NCBI RefSeq assembly: GCF_037042905.1
Contig: NC_087251.1
Location: 29,204,001 to 29,268,000, forward strand
Length of the DNA stretch: 64,000 bases
Reading direction: 5' to 3'
Source of the DNA: Lytechinus pictus
Taxonomy: Eukaryota
In this document: piece after piece, positions 1-14,400 of the stretch
Layout: each line of letters starts with the position of its first letter
Position numbering within the stretch: position 1 is the stretch's first letter
The notes under the pieces: model-generated
What the model was told of the DNA's origin: nothing
What the model saw: the letters and a program-made list of their open reading frames with translations, nothing else
Databases searched by the model: none
Made by a program: the position numbers and the translations under genes

Positions 1-460
1 TACAGTGAATAAATTGCAAAAGACCCAAAGAATATCAGATTTTAGCATTTTTTGCATTTGTATTTGGTCCCATTTCCTTTGTAGTTTGATGAAAATAAAA
101 GATTTTAGTAATGTTTCCTTTAACTTAACAAGAAATAATCAATGGCTTAAAGGTGTACTTAAACAGATAATCTGACTTCCATAAATAGTTGTTGATTAAT
201 GACTGGCTGTTAGTACATAAAAATAGCATATAAACTTGATAGTAATCAGAAAAACAATTCTCATGTCTTTATCAAAGACTGATTTTCTTTTCTTATGATG
301 CCATAATCTTTTCTGGCTAGACTCTGGGAGAAAAGACTAGTGGAGACCTAGGCCCGGATAAATTGTTTTACTTAACCATACAAAGATTTATGACTTACAG
401 GACCAGGTTCACAGCCCAGAATTAATTTCAAACTTAAATATTTCATGGGAAAGGGGTTCT

Positions 461-627
461 GCATGTAAACAATCATTTTTATTTTTTATTCATTATTATT
501 ATTTTCCTTTAATCTTACTTCATTTTTTCATCTTATTTCCTTGTTTAATTTTCTTTATTTTTTCATTTTATTTATTCATTTATTTTTTATTTATTTATTT
601 TATTATTATATATATATTTTTTTTTTG
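461..627. repeat. T-rich low-complexity tract
   Basis: Runs of ttattt/ttcattt directly visible. Confidence 0.7.
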
Positions 628-1623
628 AGGGGGGGATATGCTGTGCGGCGAAACAGAGCAATGTGCATGTTTAGATGCAAAGCTCTGCCGCACTTGTGTC
701 TACAGTGAGGAAAGGCCAAACCAAGCTTTTCTTTTGCTGCGGCCGACACTTGCCTTCAGAGGTGGGCCAAATCATCAGCAATTTTTTGTTTTGATTACAT
801 AAATTGAATTTGGCAGAAGCTTTTTCCCTCTGTAAACAGGGTCCCAGTCTTCAACCACTCCCAAACTAGTCTCCAGAGCACTACCTTCACCGGTGAAGAC
901 TTAATTTTCTGTCAATTTAGTAAAACATCTTCCTGATCATCCTGGTATGAAAAAGTCCGCCAGAAAGAGAATTCCTTTGAGTTCATCCAACCAATTTTTT
1001 TTCCCATTTCACCTGCTTATTTTCAACAAGTCGTGGTAACTTGAGGGCATTGCATCCTCCCACGACACACTGAATTAGATGAATCATTTCAGGATGGTCC
1101 GGCTATCAGAGTTCATGTACAATAGTTTATGGTTACACCCTGAAGTACTCTTTGATTGTTACGGGTTAAGCATGAAAAATATAATTTACTCTGAGAAACG
1201 TGAAATTCACAATTCATGCACGATACAGGTCCCCATAAATATGCATAATTTGATGAATTTTCAGCAGAATTTTGTTTAGAAATACTTTCTATTGACAAAC
1301 AGACATGCCATGAAATTTAAATGAGTACAAATGACAGCATATTTGACATCTTAAATCCACACACAGATCATTCTGTTAGTCATACTGATATTGATTGCAT
1401 ATTGAATGTGTGTGTGTGTGCCTGGACCATCACGAGCCTCATGCATTCAAGGAAACTCCAAACCACCTTTCACTTCATCATGCATTACAGAATTAATGCA
1501 CACTGCTGGAAGAGAGGTATCAACAAACAAACACATCTGACATTTTCTTTCTAATTAAGATCTTTCAATGCATTGTAGGATATTTTAGTAGTTGAGGAAA
1601 ATATAAATGTTCCTACAAACTTA

Positions 1624-1772
1624 TACCTCAGTCACATTTGCTCTATGGCGGCCGTAAGGCAAGTCGAAAACAGCCGTTTTAACAACTACATATAGGTGGT
1701 TTGAATAAACATGAATAAAAATGAATAAAGCAGCTGTTTTCGACTCGCCATAGAGCAAATGTGACTGAGGTA
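1624..1772. mobile_element. PIF/Harbinger-like MITE
   Basis: TIR TACCTCAGTCACATTTGCTCTATGGCG at both ends; TTA duplicated on both flanks. Confidence 0.85.
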
Positions 1773-2370
1773 TTATTCTGAGTGAAAGATATTTAGCAAT
1801 ACCCTTGGACGTCCAAACTGGTCTTTTATCAGACTCACACTCCTCACATAATACAAGATTCTTATTACAGGTACAACATATTACATACAGGAATCATGAT
1901 ACATGTTTCTGCGGTCCCTATTTGACTACTGTGGTCTACATGTATATTAGTATATATTCTAATCTTAATAATTCTACCAGCTCCAACTATCGTACATGAC
2001 AAATCAAATATGACAAAAACCTGTTGCTTGTATCTGCATCTTCGTTCAGTGTTTAACTTCACTTTTTGTGGCACCTTATGCAAACAGGCATGGAGGTAGA
2101 AATGAAATGTAGGAAGCATGAGAGAGAGCGCAAGTCCTGCATATATTTCACTATTTTCTGATCGAGATTTGTTCAAAAGTTGTGTTAACAGCATAATTTT
2201 GCCAATTCTTCTTAAAATATGTGTGTTTTTTTAAGTTGAATTACTCAAGAGGAGAAGAAAGTAAGAATTCCTAAAACTCAAATTTTGTTTTCTTTTAAAC
2301 CCTGAATTGCTGGAAAAGGGTTGAGAAAGAAGAATTTTGTGGGAGTCTTTTAAGATTTTGTTTCAGTCAC

Positions 2371-2458
2371 CTCATATGAAAGTCCTTGATGGCTACGTTC
2401 TTGTAGGGCGCGGTTTTACGCTGACACCATAGTAAGAGGCCGTCTCTGGCGGTAGTAT
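2371..2458 (-). CDS. ACTN: Alpha-actinin alternative CH2-start exon B ([29 protein letters not shown])
   Basis: 88 nt, acceptor ...tctcatgcacag, donor AG|GTGACT, phase 1-2, open frame; paralog of 3023-3110. Confidence 0.93.
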
Positions 2459-5400
2459 CTGTGCATGAGATAACACAAACTTGAAAATCCAACATGAGGG
2501 GAACAAACAAACGAGCCATGCCATGCGTTAAATCTAGCACTTTCCTATTTGAATCTGCATACTAAAAGGTAGGAAAATGCTGTATGAAAAATAGGTTTGG
2601 GGTTAGATGACGAGTTAGACATACATTGTAATTGCAAAGATGTAGGAAAGAAAACATGCAGAAGAGACGATGACCCAGTGTGATGCATACACAGTAAAAA
2701 CGCTGTTTAAACATTTATACAATTACTCTACGAACCTCACAGAAGTTGTTTAAAGAACAATGCTTGATTAATCAAGAATTGAATATTAAATTTAATATTT
2801 TTTGCTTAAGATTTTAAACACTTGTTAAATATGTTTAAACCACTACTGTAATGTTCATATAGCAAATTGCATTAAAAAAAATTTAAACAGCAATTTTACT
2901 GTGTATTGTATGTTCAAATGGAAGTAACCTGGGGGGAAAAAAATGTTTAGGTTAGTGACACAGCAGTATCGTTTACCTCACGCAAATGTTTCCTTGTTGT
3001 TTTACAACAACAATTTGTTTACCTATTGTGGAAGTTCTGGATGTTGACGTTTCTGTAGGGGGCAGTCTTGCGCTTACACCACAGCAAAAGGCCATCCTTG
3101 GCAGAGTGATCTACATTGCAGGAGCGGCATACAGGGTTAAGAGTGAGCAAGGGTGGTGTGTGTGATAGAGAAGAGACAAGTGTTCAAGAAAAGATGATCT
3201 GACTAAGATAGACTAGTCGGATCAATGGAAGATTATCCCGGTTGAGATGAGTTTAGATGGTAAGTTACAAACACTTGCTTACCTTGGTATTAACTTAATT
3301 AATATAAAAAAATAATCCGTATCTTTTAAACAATGTACAACAAAACTTGGCTATGTTAAGATATTTTTGCACAACAGTTGTTCTTCTTTTCATCAGGGCC
3401 TATAGATACAAGGCATTGTGCTTTAAGTCTAAAAAGAATGTCAAAAGTATGAAGACAAGCTAATGACATCATAATGACTTAATTGTTAGGTCAAGAGTTG
3501 GTGAGTTCAACTCTGTACAAAATTTAATTATCACTAATATCTTTTGATAAAAATATATGATTTGTTGAGTATAAAGTACAGTAGTATGGCAAACTGACAA
3601 TAACAAGTTTTCCTGCCTCTCACATTTTTGACACCTCATATCTTATAGGCTTTGTACACTGAAATTACAGGGTTTTTTTAAACGGAGAGGCATTTACACA
3701 CTCAAAATCATCTGTTTTTGGGCAGAAAAAGAATCTGAACAAAGTGACTAAATAAGAAAAGTAGAAAGTTGGTCAGAAAGAAGGTCTTGACGGGTGAAAT
3801 GTATCCTCAGAAAAATGGTTACACAAGCCACTATAATCAAAGATGGAAGGTGACCATTTGTAGGAGAAATCAACTTGTATTAGGCTGACATTAAGAGACA
3901 TAGACAGATTATCAAGGAGTGACTATACAGGTTATACCTCATTCACATTTGGTTTACGTCTACGGCGGCCTATATGTAGCTATTGCAAAAAATGTTAAAA
4001 TGTCTGTTTTTGACTCGCCGTACGGCCGCCGTAGATCAAATGTGACTGAGGCATTAGTCACTACATAAGTTAGTCAGAGAAAGTGAGAACATAGAGATTA
4101 GTATCACACAATACCTCATCAGTTTTACTGACAATTAGTGATGACATCCATGAATCATATGATTTAGGGTTGAAATCCAAAATCTCCACATTGTATTTCC
4201 ATGTTGTATGTTTATTAGTGTGTACGTTCTTTGGATACATACTCACGTCTACAATATGTACAGTATTGCACAATCATATTATGAAAAAAATCTACCCAAT
4301 CCTGTGGCTCTTTCAATTATTAGCTCTCCTCAATTTTTCATCTACAATATTAAATAAATATAGGATGTGGACTACAGATAATGGTGAAGATGACATAAAA
4401 TAATACAAAATGAAATTAATGCACATAACATAGATAATAAAAATGCAAAAACAATAACTGACAAATTACCCTCCCCCAACACCCTAGCTGCATTTCATAT
4501 AAAATCCAAATGAACTCCTAGATGATCTGAAATATTCAAGTAGATTTATTTTGAGAATTTCAAAATGAGTTGATCCATGTAAGTTCTTCCTTTCATACAG
4601 TCCAAATCACAAAAACTGCAAATAACAAACAAACAAAAAATTGAAAAAAATGTGCCATTTCATACTTATTTAAATACTTTTCTGTTGGTCTATCCTTTGT
4701 TATGTGAAACTAATAGGAGATCAAAGTCACTGTGATTGTAACAGGGCAACTCCTCCAGGACAATGCCCCACATCCTGACATATCACACTTCGTCAGAGAT
4801 TACCTCACCCAAAAATGCAACTCATCTGAAGACAATCTGTAAGTCACCAGGGGGGGGGGGGAGTGACAATTGCTCCGGGCTTCATTTTGTCTAAGCTGTA
4901 GGGTTAGGGTTGGGTTGCATTCGGGTTTTATGTTAGGCTGAGGGTTAGGTTTAAGGTAGGGTAGCATTTAGTCTAAGGGTTGGAGTTAATAATTCGAATA
5001 GTGTGTGGAATTCAGAGCAGAGCAATTATCCCCCAAAGCAAATGTCATGTAACTCGAGGGGCTTTCTCCTGAGGGGGGGGGGGGGGGGGTCAATGGCATG
5101 GGTTATCGATGGCATGTCAGCAAACTTGCCATTTATAAGGTTTTATCAATTTTGTGAAAGACGGGCTGGGTGTTAATCTTGTTCATTTGATAATGGTTTT
5201 GGCTTTTGAAAAGGAAGATATCAAGGTCAAAGGTCAATTAGTGCTTCTCTAAGTTGATTGACCTTTCAGATATTTCTACAAAGCAAGGAAAGGAGCAATA
5301 GTAAATTATTAACACAATCACGAAAATACATTCAAAATATTCATCACAGCGTTATGACAATCACCATGCAACTGATTGACATACATGTATCTTTATTCTT

Positions 5401-8400
5401 TCTATTTACCGGTAAAAGAATAAAAAAATCAAAGAAAACTTTTCTTTTCTTTGACATTGTGAAACCAAGTTCAGCTCACACGACTGACAAAAGAGTTTCC
5501 ATTATGTTGCTTCAATGAAACTAAAAGGTAATGTATGTCATAGAGGAGCTACAATATGAACTTCCTTTTGAAAATGTGTTCTGCAATAATCTGTGGTTTT
5601 AAGTATGCAATCATTGTATGTATTTTTCAAGCCTTTTTTAATTTTTTACATTAGATAATGTTTAATGGAAACTGAAACTCATTGTCATCTTCAAGAAGTT
5701 TCAATTTGTTATTAATTGTATAATTTATGACATGCAAGCAATTTTGCAGTATATAAATCATGCTTAATTTGGAAGAAACCATGCAATGACATGCATTAAG
5801 ACAAATTGATTTCTCCTTCATCTCATAAAACCAAAAGGTAGTTAAGAGACAATTTTTTTAAAGCAATAGTAAAAGTCAAATATAAATGATCGAATTTTTC
5901 TTCCCAATGATTAATTTGGGTCTTTGGGATAAATTGAACACTGTATGAGGATAGAGCTTATTTCCAATATCTAAGTAATGGAAATACAGCACTTCCAAGC
6001 AGGGTGTGTACAATACAAAGATTTAATTTCAATAAATTCATATTTTGTAATGTTCACGACCCTGCAATCCAGGTAAAGGTACTAAATAGTCAGTAGAAGA
6101 ATTTCCTTCATCATAATAAACTTCTTTGACCGATTCCCAATCTCATGCTTATGAAACAGATGCTTCCATCCATACAGGGCCCCAATCGCACGGAACTAAG
6201 TTACTTTTATGGGAACTTTGCTATCAAACTACCATGGTAACAATGCCAAGCAGCCAATCAGAATCAAGGATTTCAAAGAAGTTACCATTGGAAGACAAAG
6301 TTACCACAACAGTAATTTTGATGCAATGTGGTCCTGATTTGGACTTGAAATGGAATGCATGTCACATATTGTCACCCAGTGATATTTCATAAGATCCATT
6401 GTTTGCTATAGATCTATAAGCTTCTTTGACCTTTGACCCCAATTTTTAATGTGCATACATAGATGCATTTCCCCCACCTTCTATTGAGATGTCCTGGATA
6501 GCAAATCGTAGGATGATGGTCCAGATCATACCCAAGATCATCTTTAGATTCTGATCCACAATTTCTGGTAGTGGGAAGAAAAAAAAAATTTGATATACAC
6601 ACAAAGAATTACAAACTAGCACAATAATACAGCATAAAATGGTATTTATAGGGGTGTGAATGGTCTGCAATTTCTCAGAATAAAAAAAAATTAAAGTACC
6701 AGAATGTTTAATAATATTTTCTTTTCCATAGCATAGACATCTGTACATATAATATCTCTAAAGGGGGTGTTGTAAGAAAATATTTGCAATCAATCGCAAA
6801 TATTCTGTTGCAATTTTACAATTGATTGATCACTTTTAACTGTAGTAAATCAGATTATACTCCTTGTTTCATGGAGCAGATTAGCAATCAATCGCAAATT
6901 TGCAATTAATTGCATGGCATATGCTTGATTTCGGGAATGAAAAATAGACTTGCAATTGATCGCAAGTTTCTTGCAATGCCCCATAAGTGTATTTTACCTC
7001 AGTGGTGAATTGCTTCTCTGATCCCAGGTGCTTAAGATTCCATTTATTTATTACAAATCAAATTAACATACCCTGAAACCTGAGCCGACAACTTTGCAAA
7101 TGTAAATTTTGGTTATTAATTGATAATTTAATCAATTATAGGACTGATGATGCTAGTATGTGGTATAGCGCCCTCTATCATTCATACCGATATAATTTTT
7201 CATTATCTGCTTATCCATTCATCCAAAGCTTTGGTAATTATGGGTCATTAAAGCTTCACTTTAGTTTTCATAAATTCCCCAATAACTGTATGTCATTGTT
7301 CCAATTCATTAATAGATGAATATACACGCTCTAGATGATAAGGACATAAAAAATTTGGTAAATTTGATAAATTTGGTGGTTTAATACAAAAATCTAATAT
7401 GATTGGGTCCCCAATGCCTCAATCAAAATATAATAACTGCATATTGTTGTCTTTATTATGTAAAACCACTTCTCCAGCATAGAATGAACTGAATATTTCT
7501 GTAAATAATCTTTGTAACTTTCTGTTATTCTATACTAAAACTGAAAGATATATCAAAGTTAAGAATCATACCTTCTGCACCAATGGATACAAGCTTCACT
7601 CCTTTTGAACTGATGTAGTCAAGAGCCTTGTTCACGTTTGCAATCTTGTGGACGCGCATCTTTCCGCGGTCTGGTTTCGGAAGTTTTTCACTTGAAATCA
7701 CTTCAAGGAGGGTCAGAAGTTTGAGACCATTGCAAAAGTCTTCTGAGATCTCTTTGATCTCGGCGTTGGCCTTCCTCAAGTGGGAGTTGCACCATGCTGT
7801 AAATGTCTGTATTCAGAGAGAATAAGAAATGCCCTGTTAGAGGTCACATCAGATTGAATAAGACCAAGATGATCAAAAGTTGAACATTTACATTTGATCA
7901 TATATTTTATATTGATACAAGCTACGCAAGCACCAAATCAGTGAGTCTACGTACTTGCATTGGCTGACCATTTTGAATTGATGAGTCTATACTGTTAATG
8001 TTAATTAATTTACATAAGGCTCATTAGTATAGTAACCTCAATTACAGGTATGAATTTAGTGCCATTACTTATGAAAGTCCACATTCATCATTGGACATTT
8101 TCTCAGTATACTTGCTCAAGATACACAAAATCTGCAGAAACCATGGTTTAAAACCAGATTTAATACCACCTTTTTGAATTTGGGCCATCATGTTTCATCA
8201 CTTCGAATAGATTTAATTGTTCGAGTACCAAAATGATAAATTGTACATCTATTTTTTACAGACACATGTACGTATTATATGCATCTCATTTTAATAGTTA
8301 TACACCGTTAAGACCGCTGATTTGTGCTACTGCTTTCATTATGGGCTTACACTGACATGGAATGATCTCTTCCTGCATGAAGCCATTAGAACATGTACAT

Positions 8401-11400
8401 GTACACTTGACTCGCTTTTCATATTCACTCCCATTTCACGCTGTGTTTCACCCAACAGTGTCAGACCTTGACATTCCATACTTTACAAATATAGAAATGG
8501 CTTTTAACCCTCAGCAGTTTCAGCATTTGAACTGGAAAAAAAACAAAGAGGGAGTGATTCATGCTCTACCCCCCCCCCCCCCCCGCCAAGAAAAAGAGAA
8601 TGCGGAAACATATGAATCATTTGTTCTTTTAAATGAAAGTAAACATTACAATAATTACAATAATCATGGATCTTCTTTCATACTTATTTTCCGGAAATAT
8701 TCATTTCCATAATGAAAGTCAAGGCTGAAAATAACCTATTGAATATCAAATATATGTACTATGGACAATACATGTTTAGTATGTGTATGTGAGTTATCCT
8801 GTTCTGAACATTATCTTACATGTATGTCTTTCTAACACATCTGATACAAATTTTCGGCTCCACAATCACAAAAGCTTTCTTTTTTCTTTTTAAATAACAC
8901 ACCTTTCCGCTTAAATTTACAGTCAATGTTTATACAAATACCAAATGAATGCTAGCATTTTGTGCTGAATGTGATTCAAAACACGTAACCGCCCCCCTAA
9001 CCCTCCTTCCTCCCTCTCCATTCGAGTATGAACACATCTGACATCACTGTAAGAAACCCCAATGATTAACTATGTCACTCCTCCTGGTCAATGACAAGGT
9101 TTGCGATCCTGATAATCATAATCATGGCATCCTTCACTGTCTTATCTTCTGACTTACAAAGTGCAGGATGTATTGGCTTAGCTTCACTGTCACTGACATC
9201 CGGTCACAATAGAGTGACTTCATGCATTGTTAGCAAGTATTGTTCTTTGATACCACACAACACAAGGGTGAGGAATGTCATTCATTGTCTTTTCCAAGAA
9301 GAATTGTTGGTTGAAAAAGAAATATGCTTTGTCTTGATTGAAGGGTTGGACATGCACATGTTTCTCTTGGTGGTGATACATGTACGTTAAAAGTGGACTA
9401 AGGCCAGTGTCGGAAGCGGTTCGACTTATGTGTAACACCCCCTTTATTAACCCATTGCCTACTGGAACCGGGTGATCCCTGTAAAAAGCCTATGGGAATG
9501 ACAGAATTCAGTAGTCAACTGGTTAAAGTCGGACGGACACTGGCTCAGACTGAGACCACTTCTGGATGTGGTTTGAAGCCCGCGTGGCGCCGCCCTCAGT
9601 CCTGCAATGAACACCCCCAAGTGAACTCTGGCCAGCTTGACCACTGAACTAGAATTAGCTAACAATAGTTATAGCTAACGAACTGTGCAAGAACAATAAC
9701 AATGTTTACAAAGTCAGGTGACTTGTGTCACGTGTATAGGCAAGTATAGATACACAATTGCAGGCACAGGACCTGTGTAATGGGGTGTAATGATCTCGAG
9801 GCAGCTTCAGATTGCAAGCATAACGGCAGTTCTAAAACCGGCATCGGAGCCAGCTTCAAACCTGACGCGTGCATATCAGGGGCCTAACAGAAAGATTCAA
9901 TAGCATTTTTTAGACACATAAATGTACAAAGTGCATTGCATTACTATAATGTCCGTGTTTAGCTTTTCTAAAGATAAAATATAGGCCTAGGTATATGCTA
10001 CTTTTATACCTACTAGTAATAGGCCTCCATTTATCAAAATCAGTAACACAATATGGCTGGGAAATCAACTAATTCCTCTTTCCAAAGATCTCATTCATTA
10101 TTCAATCAAGACTGGAAAGGATATTAGCTGAATAAATGAATACCTAATCATCACAGCCTTCAACATAAGGCCTATACAGTATGTAGGCCCTATACTATGC
10201 TAATGTGCTCCTATTAATATTGAATTTATAAGCAGCTTAAACACTGATCTACTCCTACCATCTGTGATTAATGGTCATTAAAGTGATACCAATCATTCAC
10301 AGCCTGCTTTGATTAGAAGCGAACACAGACAGGCTACTGCAATCTGGAAACCCTACAGAAATAATTGCTTTTGCAAATGCAACTTTATCAAAACATTTGC
10401 AAGTACCAAATGCACATGTACATGTACTGTATGACCCTGTTCTCATCTACTTGCTTAAACCAGTTTAATGGAAACTACTTTAACGTGCAATGGGAACACT
10501 CAAGGCATTCGTGGAATCAATCTTATGTGGTTTTCAAGACTGTTTTGCCTCATTAAGCTCATTTTAAACATAGGTGAGGACACAAACAATATTTTGGAAG
10601 CGATCTCTGCACTGTAGTAAGAGCGTGTGTGCATGTTGGACACGCTACTCTGTACACACTGTGTGTAGCATGCCTACGCTTCGGTTTCAAATTCCGCACA
10701 AAACATCATAATCCCACTGAGAGCATTCCCATAGCAACAAGATCGCTTTACATGAAGTGGTTCTGGAAACCAGTTCAGGAGATAGTGATGAGAATGCTAG
10801 CAAATCGATCGTCTAAACAGGTTGCTTGAAGTGGTTCAACGGAAACCAGTTCAAGAAAGTAGATGAAAACGGGGTCTATGATTGGTTGCAGCTTGAAGAT
10901 CAGGTTGCCTTTGATTCTATTGAATTTAAAATTGATTGTAATGATCACAATATAAAAACAAGCTCATCTGCCAATTCACACCGGATGGGCTAATTATGAA
11001 CTGCATGCACCAAGCCACCAAATGGTCATATTACATTTTTTTCCCATTACCTGGATTTCCAATTCTAAGAAAATAACTGCAAAATGAGTAACATCTTTGA
11101 TGTATTCTTTCACACATATTTTACCTATACCTCTGGGCATTGGTTATTGTTATTCATACTCCCTGCCATGTCAGTTCTGATTCACCTCTCATTCAATTAT
11201 GCTGTAGCATAAAAAACTTATTGAATGAACACCAATCATACAATTTATGAATGTGAGCGTCTCTTTTCATTTAGGCCACACTGCCTTCAATACCATTTTC
11301 TCACGTTTTCTAAACCCTGGACTATCGTAACCCCAGACTATAGGTGGGGCTAACTTGCCATTTAGCCCTGCCTTTACTACAGGGTTAAAGAAAATTTTGC

Positions 11401-14400
11401 CTGTGAGAAAAGGTTTAATATGCCTGCATTTTATACCCCTTTCATAAACCCAATAAAACACAATTATGCGGCTAATAGCAGCATAATTTGGTCATAAAAT
11501 CAGAGGAGGACAAGAGTTATCCGCATTATTCTGATGCTGCTATTATCCGCATAATAGCGGCATCGGGACAAGATTTTGAGTTTATGAACGTATTTCCAAA
11601 TAATGCGGATAATTGCCATGGTGCGGTCACAAGGTCACCCTTTTCCAACACAACCGCATTGGAGGGGGCGTGTCCAGTTGTCATGACGATTATCCGCCTT
11701 TTTCAGGAAGGGCACTCGTAAAAATAATTTATGGAGTTTGTGAACGCAATTTTTATTGAATTATCCGCATTACTCTTAGGCGGCTAATTGGAGGATATGT
11801 TTTATTGGGTTTATGAAAGGGGTATAACAAGCTTTCTGTAGTTTTGGGGGAAAAAAGGCTAGGTAAATTGACATTTTGCCTTGTAAATATATGCTGGTAA
11901 GATACTATCAGATTTTTTTTTTCATAAACATCCTTCCCTTTAGCCTTGGCACAATGTAAAGTAATACAAATGTTTAGCACAACATCATTCTACCACTTTT
12001 GCCAAATCCCAAAGGAAACAAGGTTAACAGCAATAGCAATATTTCAGTTTATTTTTTTTCCTGGTTCATCACATGAGAGGGGCGGGGCAGGGAAGAGGGG
12101 TGGAAAGGGGAAGGGGGGAGTGGCAAGGAGATGCAACCAAAACCAAACTCCTCAGAAGGTTATCACTGAAGTGAATCCATAAACAACGGAGTCATATGGC
12201 TATTTGTAGCAGCAGGAGGTTTCAACAACCAGTTTACCTTGCCTGTTTTCTCATACCATACTTTTAAAGGGGAGGTAGTAACTGAATTTTGGGGTTGATG
12301 ATACTATCACCATATATTGCATCCAAAGAAAGGATAAGAGTCTTGAAGATTTTATCTGTTTTTACAACTATCCGCCTGTCTCTGCATCTTGGATATACTC
12401 CAGAGCTTTGGAAAAAAACATTGACTGTCCACACATTTTAGCATTTAGGAAATTAGAAAAGACATGAACAAAACAAGCACATATTCCAAAGGGTGATGGT
12501 ACTGCAGTCCCATCAACTTGACCAACTCCAAACCGATTGATAGTAATTGAAAATAATGCAAAAAGATTTGGTTGGTATAGACTCAGTAGACAATTTCAGA
12601 CTGACTCGATTACCAGAGTACCCGTTCAATTATGAGAATATGTCCAGGCCCTGAAATATCTGATAATTACTTTCTGCATTCACACCGAGCAGAAGCAGAC
12701 ATTTCGGTATAAGTTCTAAAAGTAACAAGCACGCGCAGTATGGTCTCATTAGCAGACGAGGCCAAAGTGCTTGCTGAGTTGAGAAAGTTCCTGTACTTTG
12801 CTTTCACACTGCCAAAATACCAAGACCTTGAAAAATCCCAGCGAATGTTCTTGCAACCAAATACAAACTATTTAGCACATACATGTATTTTCTTTCACAC
12901 TGGCAAAAACACCTGGTATTTTCTGATCAGGGTAACTATCTCAGAGCAGAAAATACCTGGTATTCTTAAACTTTGAGGTGGTCTGAACACTCCTATTTAC
13001 GATAGTGTGACTGCGGCATACAGAGAGACAGGAAATCCTGTTACACTTCAATGGCATAAAAGCTTTTAAACTTGGAAATAAGCAAAGTAGAAAATCCAAT
13101 TGATTACGTACACTCGGACTGACAGACGGGTTAAATGGGTTGTATGGGATAATGAATAAATAAGATAAGAAAATTTCATTTGATTACTATCAAGTGAGTT
13201 AAAAAAAACCTTTACACTTCATAAATTTTCTGATTTAACAAAGGGTCCTTATAAAAAACACATAACTATTTTTCATGTTCTGCAAGAGCATTTTCACCAA
13301 AATTATTTTATATCATTCTTAATGTGGTATATATCATGCATAATCAGGAGGGATTTTTTTTAACGTAAACTTAGATTTGTGCTAAAGTAAACTATGACTG
13401 CAATGAATGAATCCTGATGCCATTGAATTTATAATCCAACATGAGTTGCAGTAAACTTCATAGCAGAATATCTTTTCCATGAATGAATCCAAGAAAAGTT
13501 ATCAAAAGGTATTTTGCGGTGAAATTTTACTTACCTAATATTACTATTATAGCATTATAAATTCATGGACATCTGGAATGTACACTACTTTGGCATGAAC
13601 AGAATTTTCATTGGTGCAAGAATGCCTCCTGAATACCAAAATGTAAAAATTCAATTATATTATTTGGAAGAAAATAATGTTCCCTTCAGGACATTATGTA
13701 ATATTTAGTGTTGTGTTAATAATGAGGTTTTCCCTTAAATTGGCAATTTTTAGGGGTTAACTTTCTTTCTTTTCAAACTCACATAGTAGAGTTTTACCTA
13801 ATCATTTTAGACCTCAAAAGGGCCTCAAAACAAATGAATAGTCAATTGATTCTTGACCTAATTTCATGGACTCTGCATGCATGAGTGCATGACCGTCACC
13901 AATCATGGTTGTGTCATTCTTGAGATTAAAACAAATGAAATTATGATTTCTAACACTGACCGACCAGGGGCAAATTTCCATAGGCCAGGTCATTGGCCCA
14001 GTTTCAGCAATTGACTGAAATTCACAGGGAATGAGTTAAATCAGATGACCTATTTACTCAAGACAAAATAATTTGACACTATGGTATATTCGACTTTCAC
14101 ATATTCTTCATCAAATATTCTTCGTCTTGTGCATAAAAAATTACCTGTTATAAACAAAAACTGAGAGAAAGTTATATGCTGAGTGAGATTGATTCAATGA
14201 TCCCTTGTAGATTATCATTATCCATAAATAGGCCAGAAACTGATCCCAAGTTAAATATAAAAAAAGGCTTAATGAACTCTTCAAAAGTACTCATGATCCT
14301 ACCAGAGTAATGAGACCGTGTTGAGTACATGTTAATTTTCAGTTTGTCCTTAGTCATTAATCATTGTTTATTATGCTAATGAGGGTGCCTAAACAGGACC

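Noticed and set aside
640..800. Candidate next actinin exon (GLAF-like codons on the minus strand)
   Set aside because: Translation (LGLAFPHCRHK...) does not match the expected W.DGLAFCALIHRHRP; the true exon is probably outside the window.
7525..7779. ORF-track start and end for the actinin CH1 ORF
   Set aside because: The TTG start and GMILNF... tail are artefacts; splice sites define the exon as 7572-7806.
9060..9135. Possible third actinin first exon (GAC CAG GAG GAG on the minus strand)
   Set aside because: Immediately followed by TGA, with no LDP.WE motif or suitable donor.
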